Below, in pieces: positions 58,867 through 64,000 of a stretch of 64,000 bases of DNA (position 1 is its first letter; each line of letters begins with the position of its first letter). The translations under genes were made by a program, and so were the position numbers. Source of the stretch: a virus; IMG/VR virus record IMGVR_UViG_3300042303_000421, positions 15,655 to 79,654 of that record; one strand, given 5' to 3'. The notes under the pieces were generated by a model, which had not been told where the DNA came from, ran no database searches, and saw only the letters and a list, made by a program, of their open reading frames with translations.

Positions 58867-60825
58867 TTAATTATTTGTTTCTAAGATTATACTCATTTGA
58901 TCTTTAAGGAATTTTAATTGTATTATTTTATTAAAAATTTCAGGATCTGAATCAAAATCTTTTAATCTATCAATATGTCCTTCAAGTCCACTAATAGATT
59001 CATTTAAATTTTCTGAAATTAATTCATATTCTCCACTAATTTTATCTAAATCTTCAAATTCTTTGGTCATATCTAAAACTTTTATTTTAGGATTGTCTAA
59101 TAATTTCATTTCTTCCTTATAATTATCAAGAATTTCACTATCTTCTTCAAAAATAACAGATTTTTTTTCAACTAATTTATCTAAACTTTCTAATTGTTTG
59201 TTTTTTTCTTCTTCAATTCTTCTTAATCTGAATTTTTCTTTAAGTGCCTCAGCATGAGGTCTTACAGGAGTCCAAATTGATGCTTTTCCATACATACTAA
59301 TTGAAGTACTTTTTAAATTACCATAATCAATTGTATAAATAAATTCTGAACCTAAAGGAGAAATTATTTCATTACTTACTAATTTAGAATTATATACAAT
59401 ACCTTGATTTAAAATATTTTTTGTATTTACTGATAAATCTATAATAGGATGACTACTTATTTCAGATAATTGCATATGATCTAACATTTTATTTTTTTGT
59501 AATAAATAATGTTTTCTATAAAATATTTTAAAATCAAGAAATGTTCTAATTTTTACACCTTCTACAAAATAATGAAAATTTTCATATTGTTCTTTTTTAA
59601 AAGGAACATAATAATGATTATTTTTAATTTCTTCAACACCGTAAGAATGATCAAAATCGTTATCTACAAAAGGAACTCCTATTAAATCACGCATTCTTGT
59701 AGTAGCCATAACATTATCATCATTATATGTTAATTCATAAAAACCATATCCTTTAATAAAAGTATAAATACCACTAATTAAATGACCTTTTTTCCAATAT
59801 CTTAGTTTATTAAAATAAACTCTTTTACCATAAGAATTTTGGTTGATTGATAAAACTTCTAAATAAATATTAGTATTATTATTTTTATTTTGAATATGTT
59901 TATTAATAGAACTACTTATAACATCTGTAGTATCTGTTCTTTTATTAAAATTACAATTATAATTATCATAATCATATCTTTTAGTATTTTTAGTTGTATA
60001 AGATTCTTTTTGAGTAGAATTATCTCTTACAATTAAAAGTTTTTCTGCATTTTTAACATCACCATTTGTTATAATATATAATACATTATTTTCAAACGCA
60101 AAAACACTTTCATTTTTTACTCCACCTATAGATAATAAAGGTTGATATAAAGAAGATATATATAAAGAATTTTTATTTTCAATGTAATAAAATAAAGGTC
60201 TTTCTTCTTCTATTTTACTATGAGTATAATCATATAATTTTGAAGCACCTTTCCAAATATAAACTTTATTAGGTTCATTAGTATTTGTAAACATTAATGC
60301 TGCAGCTCCAGTATATTCACTTAAAACTTTAAAGTTTTTATGAGTATATATGATTTCTAATAATATTTCAGAATCAATTTTCTTTCTTTTTGAAATATAA
60401 GTATGATTAGAATGTTCATAAGTTTCTTCTTTTTCTTCCCATTCTTCAATATTATAATGTTTAGCTAATTCATCATGATTATATAATGTTCCATTATGAC
60501 AACCTATAAATTCAAAACCTTCATTTTCTTTATTTATACCAAAACCAAATGGATGAGCGTTTGATTCATTAACTATATTCCCAACACTTGCTTGTCTTGT
60601 ATGTCCTATTACTACAGGATATTTTGTAGGTATTAATTTATTATGATTTACAATAAAATCTGAAAAGAGTTTTTTTCCATAAGCTGCACCAATAGTAATA
60701 TCACCGTCGACAGAAACACCACAAGAATCTTTACCTCTTTCAATATTATAAAGACCTAATTTATCAAACTTGTCTTTATTAAATTTTTTTGGGTCTTTTC
60801 CTGCCCAACCAAATATTCCACACAT
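58867..60825 (-). CDS. Class II (Ntn) glutamine amidotransferase with long C-terminal extension
   Basis: MCGIFG, RG.DSCG, GHTRQAS, NAHPF, HNGTL, DSE, ERPL; no SIS domains. Confidence 0.88.
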   Translation of the reverse strand: MCGIFGWAGKDPKKFNKDKFDKLGLYNIERGKDSCGVSVDGDITIGAAYGKKLFSDFIVNHNKLIPTKYPVVIGHTRQASVGNIVNESNAHPFGFGINKENEGFEFIGCHNGTLYNHDELAKHYNIEEWEEKEETYEHSNHTYISKRKKIDSEILLEIIYTHKNFKVLSEYTGAAALMFTNTNEPNKVYIWKGASKLYDYTHSKIEEERPLFYYIENKNSLYISSLYQPLLSIGGVKNESVFAFENNVLYIITNGDVKNAEKLLIVRDNSTQKESYTTKNTKRYDYDNYNCNFNKRTDTTDVISSSINKHIQNKNNNTNIYLEVLSINQNSYGKRVYFNKLRYWKKGHLISGIYTFIKGYGFYELTYNDDNVMATTRMRDLIGVPFVDNDFDHSYGVEEIKNNHYYVPFKKEQYENFHYFVEGVKIRTFLDFKIFYRKHYLLQKNKMLDHMQLSEISSHPIIDLSVNTKNILNQGIVYNSKLVSNEIISPLGSEFIYTIDYGNLKSTSISMYGKASIWTPVRPHAEALKEKFRLRRIEEEKNKQLESLDKLVEKKSVIFEEDSEILDNYKEEMKLLDNPKIKVLDMTKEFEDLDKISGEYELISENLNESISGLEGHIDRLKDFDSDPEIFNKIIQLKFLKDQMSIILETNN

Positions 60826-60835
60826 ATATTATTTT

Positions 60836-61636
60836 TTAATTTGTTAAAATTTGTTCAAATTGTTTAATTTCTTCTAATAATTCTTGAGCTAATTTTTTAT
60901 TATTTGTATCAATAGCTTCTCTAACTCTTTCAGAATATTTATTTTCATATTCTGTAAATTCATTATTTAAAACACAATTAACTGCTTTAATTGTTTGTTC
61001 ATATACCCAACCAATTAATTCATTTGATTGAATCCAAAAGTTAGATAATTGTCTACATTCTACACCAAAATCTTTAAATCTAAAAGAACCTGCTTTACCA
61101 TAAAGTTCACGTCTTCTGTCATCTTTATCAATCAATAATGCTGGTAATGTAACAAATATATCAAAAGCTTTAACAATAATTTCACTTGTTTCTTGATTAG
61201 GTTCTGGATATCCTATATGTACATGTCCACCAACACTTCTTAAATTTGTTTTAGAATTAGGTGTTGGATTAATATCTTTAAGATAAACATTAAAATCAGG
61301 TTCACAACCAAAAGTATTTGCTTGTTTAGTTTTTAAATATTTTTTATTAATTTCACTTGATGCTTTATTTGATAATTTACAGTTATGACTTGCAGCCATA
61401 ATTTCAAGATAATTTAATACATATTGAATATTTTCAATAAACTCTTCTTTGTTTTTACACGGAGGTATATTAAATTCTGCTGCAATATTATCTAATTGAA
61501 TGCAATGACCCTTATCACTAATTGGATAAGGATCGTGTTTTGTACCAGGTACTATTCCTTCAGCTGAGATTATTTCTATTTCATTTTCTAAAAAGATTTC
61601 AGGATCAGTTCCTAATAGTATATTAAAATTTTTCAT
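60836..61636 (-). CDS. phiEco32-like COOH-NH2 ligase type 2
   Basis: [60 protein letters not shown]. Confidence 0.9.
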   Translation of the reverse strand: MKNFNILLGTDPEIFLENEIEIISAEGIVPGTKHDPYPISDKGHCIQLDNIAAEFNIPPCKNKEEFIENIQYVLNYLEIMAASHNCKLSNKASSEINKKYLKTKQANTFGCEPDFNVYLKDINPTPNSKTNLRSVGGHVHIGYPEPNQETSEIIVKAFDIFVTLPALLIDKDDRRRELYGKAGSFRFKDFGVECRQLSNFWIQSNELIGWVYEQTIKAVNCVLNNEFTEYENKYSERVREAIDTNNKKLAQELLEEIKQFEQILTN

Positions 61637-62627
61637 TTTTTAAAAATAGTTTTTTTGTTAAATGTACTGTTGCTTTTACAAATTTTTCTTCAAAATTCAT
61701 CCATTCAGGATGTCCTTGAATACATAATGATTTTGTTTTAGGATAATAAATTATTTCAGGTTCTACAAAAGAAACAGGTATTTTAATATTTTTATTATCA
61801 CCATTTAAATAAATAGGACTTCTATTATATTCGGAATAACCATATATAATATAAGAATCTTCATTTAAATCAAACGGATACATCATTTGATGATGAGAAG
61901 AAGTTATAGGAATAGTTGTACTACTATTTTCAAAATCTAAAGCTTTATTTGCTGAAGGAATAAAAGTAATATTATGATCACTGTTATGATTTTCAACATG
62001 TTGGATAAGTTTTCCTTTATTCATAACTGTTAAAAATTGTCCACCTCTACAAATACCTAATTTAGGAGTTTTTGAAAATTGATTATAAACTACTTCTTCT
62101 AAACTATCTCTTTTAGCATTAACACTTGTGTATTTACCTAATTTTTCATTATAAAATGATGGACTTACATCTTCTCCTCCTGTAAATAAAATTAAATCTA
62201 TTAAAAAACCTGGAATTATACCAATTTTATCATGTTCTATAATTCTTAATCTTTTATTTTCAGGTACTATTAATTCTAAATATTTAATATAATCTGATGG
62301 TTGTGTATTATCAGCTATAATTACTAAAAATTCATTATCATTTTTTAAAACATTTGTTTCTCTTTCTTTTTCTTGTTGATTATTTGACATCCATTCTATA
62401 TCATCATATTTATTATTGTTGTTTTCTATAACATCTAATAAATTTTTAGCTTTAGATTGTGTACCCATACCTCCAACTAAACTCTTAAATAAGTTTGGAT
62501 GACAATTAGCTGAGCTACTTATAAAAGAACTTATATATTTTAAACGGACTACTGGTTCATATATATTTTTTTCTGTAAAAATATCTAAAAAATGGTTAAT
62601 TAAATCATCATAACTAGTTATTGTCAT
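61623..62627 (-). CDS. Class I glutamine amidotransferase / peptidase C26 (gamma-glutamyl hydrolase-like)
   Basis: [27 protein letters not shown]. Confidence 0.88.
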   Translation of the reverse strand: MTITSYDDLINHFLDIFTEKNIYEPVVRLKYISSFISSSANCHPNLFKSLVGGMGTQSKAKNLLDVIENNNNKYDDIEWMSNNQQEKERETNVLKNDNEFLVIIADNTQPSDYIKYLELIVPENKRLRIIEHDKIGIIPGFLIDLILFTGGEDVSPSFYNEKLGKYTSVNAKRDSLEEVVYNQFSKTPKLGICRGGQFLTVMNKGKLIQHVENHNSDHNITFIPSANKALDFENSSTTIPITSSHHQMMYPFDLNEDSYIIYGYSEYNRSPIYLNGDNKNIKIPVSFVEPEIIYYPKTKSLCIQGHPEWMNFEEKFVKATVHLTKKLFLKNEKF

Positions 62628-62628
62628 T

Positions 62629-63501
62629 TTATTTATTTATTTTATGTTTAATAATTTTTGGAATTTCTTCAATATATTTTTGAGCACAAACAGATACTTC
62701 TCCTGTACCATTATCCATTGAACTTGCACTATTACATTCTAAAAGAATATATTCTTGGTATTTTCTTGGTTTACCATCAGAATCATTTGGTCCTTGTACT
62801 CTAACATCAAATGATAATAAATCTGCACCTACAGCTTTTAAAGCTTTAACACAATCATTTTCAATATCATTCCAAGAATTAGGTTTTAAAAAGTTTTCAT
62901 TAGTTTCTAAAAACCAAACACAAATATCATCATGTCTTCTCCATTTTTGATCTTCAGGTACATCTGATTTTAATGCTTTTCTACAAGTATAAAAACAACC
63001 TAATTCACTAATATGTAATCTATACTCTAAAGCATAATTCATAAATTGTTCAAAAATATAACTCGAATGATTTGTAGTTTTTTGTTTCCACGCATCAAAT
63101 TCAGATTGAGATTTAATTAGAGAATTACCTCTACCTTTTGAACCATAATGAGCTTTAGCTACAATTGCATTTTTCCAATCATTTGTAAGAGAATTAATAT
63201 TATTAATATTATTTGTCCATTCAGCTGTTTTAACATTTGCTTCAACAAACTTTTGTTTCATTAATAATTTGTTAGCTGAAATTTTAATAGCATTAACACT
63301 ATTTATTTCAACTCTATCACCACCTTTACTAATTATATCATGTACTTCTGTAGATGATCCAAATCTAATAACAGAACGATACGGTAAAGCTTGTATTTTT
63401 TTATGTTTAAGTCTTAAAATATCATGACTAGGATGACGACTTAAAATCATAGGTCTAAACAATGTTAATTTTTTTATATTTTTTTTAACTAATGTAGCCA
63501 T
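62629..63501 (-). CDS. ATP-grasp ligase (RimK/YheCD-like)
   Basis: NKL.MK, GSKGRG, EQF....EYRLH, FDV, ILLECNSA. Confidence 0.82.
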   Translation of the reverse strand: MATLVKKNIKKLTLFRPMILSRHPSHDILRLKHKKIQALPYRSVIRFGSSTEVHDIISKGGDRVEINSVNAIKISANKLLMKQKFVEANVKTAEWTNNINNINSLTNDWKNAIVAKAHYGSKGRGNSLIKSQSEFDAWKQKTTNHSSYIFEQFMNYALEYRLHISELGCFYTCRKALKSDVPEDQKWRRHDDICVWFLETNENFLKPNSWNDIENDCVKALKAVGADLLSFDVRVQGPNDSDGKPRKYQEYILLECNSASSMDNGTGEVSVCAQKYIEEIPKIIKHKINK

Positions 63502-63503
63502 AA

Positions 63504-64000
63504 TTAAAGAATTAATAATTTTTTAATAATTTGATTAGAATAAACATCATTTATTTCTTCAGGATGATATTGTACACCATAAATAACTTCTGAAAATTTT
63601 GCAATTTCAATATTTTGATCTTGTACTTCTCTTGCAATTACCATACTGTTAGGTAAATTAAAACATCCTTGATGATGTAATGAATTTACTTCATATTTAG
63701 ATTTAATTTCTTGATTAATAAATATTAATTTATCAACTAATTCTCCTCTATGTTTATTAGAATAATTAAAAGGATAATGTTGTTCTAAAGTACCTCCAAA
63801 TTTAACACATAATTGTTGAAATCCTAAACAAATTCCAAATATTGGTATTCCAGCATTAATATATTGATCTAAATTTACATCAAAGAAAAACTGTTTCATT
63901 ACATCTGTATTTGATGTATTATAATCAGGTACAGCACCATAAGTACTAGGATTCATATCCATACCACCAGGTAAAATCAATAAATCTAAATCTTCCACAA
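63504..64000 (-). CDS. Second peptidase C26 / class I GATase (5' end outside window)
   Basis: LPGG.D.NP..YG, GICLGFQ, VNSLHHQG, VQYHPE. Confidence 0.85.
   Translation of the reverse strand, partial: VEDLDLLILPGGMDMNPSTYGAVPDYNTSNTDVMKQFFFDVNLDQYINAGIPIFGICLGFQQLCVKFGGTLEQHYPFNYSNKHRGELVDKLIFINQEIKSKYEVNSLHHQGCFNLPNSMVIAREVQDQNIEIAKFSEVIYGVQYHPEEINDVYSNQIIKKLLIL

Noticed and set aside
58867-60825. GlmS
   Set aside because: Only the Ntn glutaminase domain is recognisable; no SIS isomerase domains
1-64000. Stop-codon reassignment (TAG/TGA) as in some Crassvirales
   Set aside because: Long intact ORFs and tight packing under the standard code; TAG (983) and TGA (7825) act as real stops; no suppressor tRNA seen

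Overview
AT-rich fragment (64 kb) of a crAss-like podophage (Crassvirales; organised like Cellulophaga phage phi14:2; Bacteroidota host, probably Flavobacteriaceae), standard genetic code. Plus strand 1-45606 is the late/structural block: portal C-terminus, acidic scaffold-like protein, major capsid protein, ring/hub/auxiliary capsid proteins, a GC-richer tail-fibre cassette, lysis genes (amidase, u-spanin-like lipoprotein), a DnaQ-like exonuclease, IHF-like protein, tail tubular and stabilisation proteins, a GIY-YIG endonuclease, then five ejection (cargo) proteins including a 2660-aa virion RNA polymerase (DFDVD). A bidirectional terminator at about 45.6 kb separates this from the minus-strand block: ThyX, phosphoesterases, MazG-like protein, SF2 helicase, HNH-like nuclease, class II RNR, dUTPase, nucleases and a six-gene phiEco32-type amidoligase/ATP-grasp/glutaminase cluster. 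Most notable: (1) the five cargo proteins (about 7200 aa) contain only four Cys, all at facing termini of three consecutive giant proteins, suggesting a head-to-tail disulfide-linked ejection chain; (2) the virion RNAP carries nested SLOG/Macro-like/DUF4326-like passenger domains between QPQ linkers; (3) a tRNA mimic and a neighbouring structured element downstream of the HNH gene; (4) an unannotated 32-aa Cys/His peptide; (5) five Bacteroidota-type promoters with identical spacing. Family assignments come from motif recognition by eye, not database searches.
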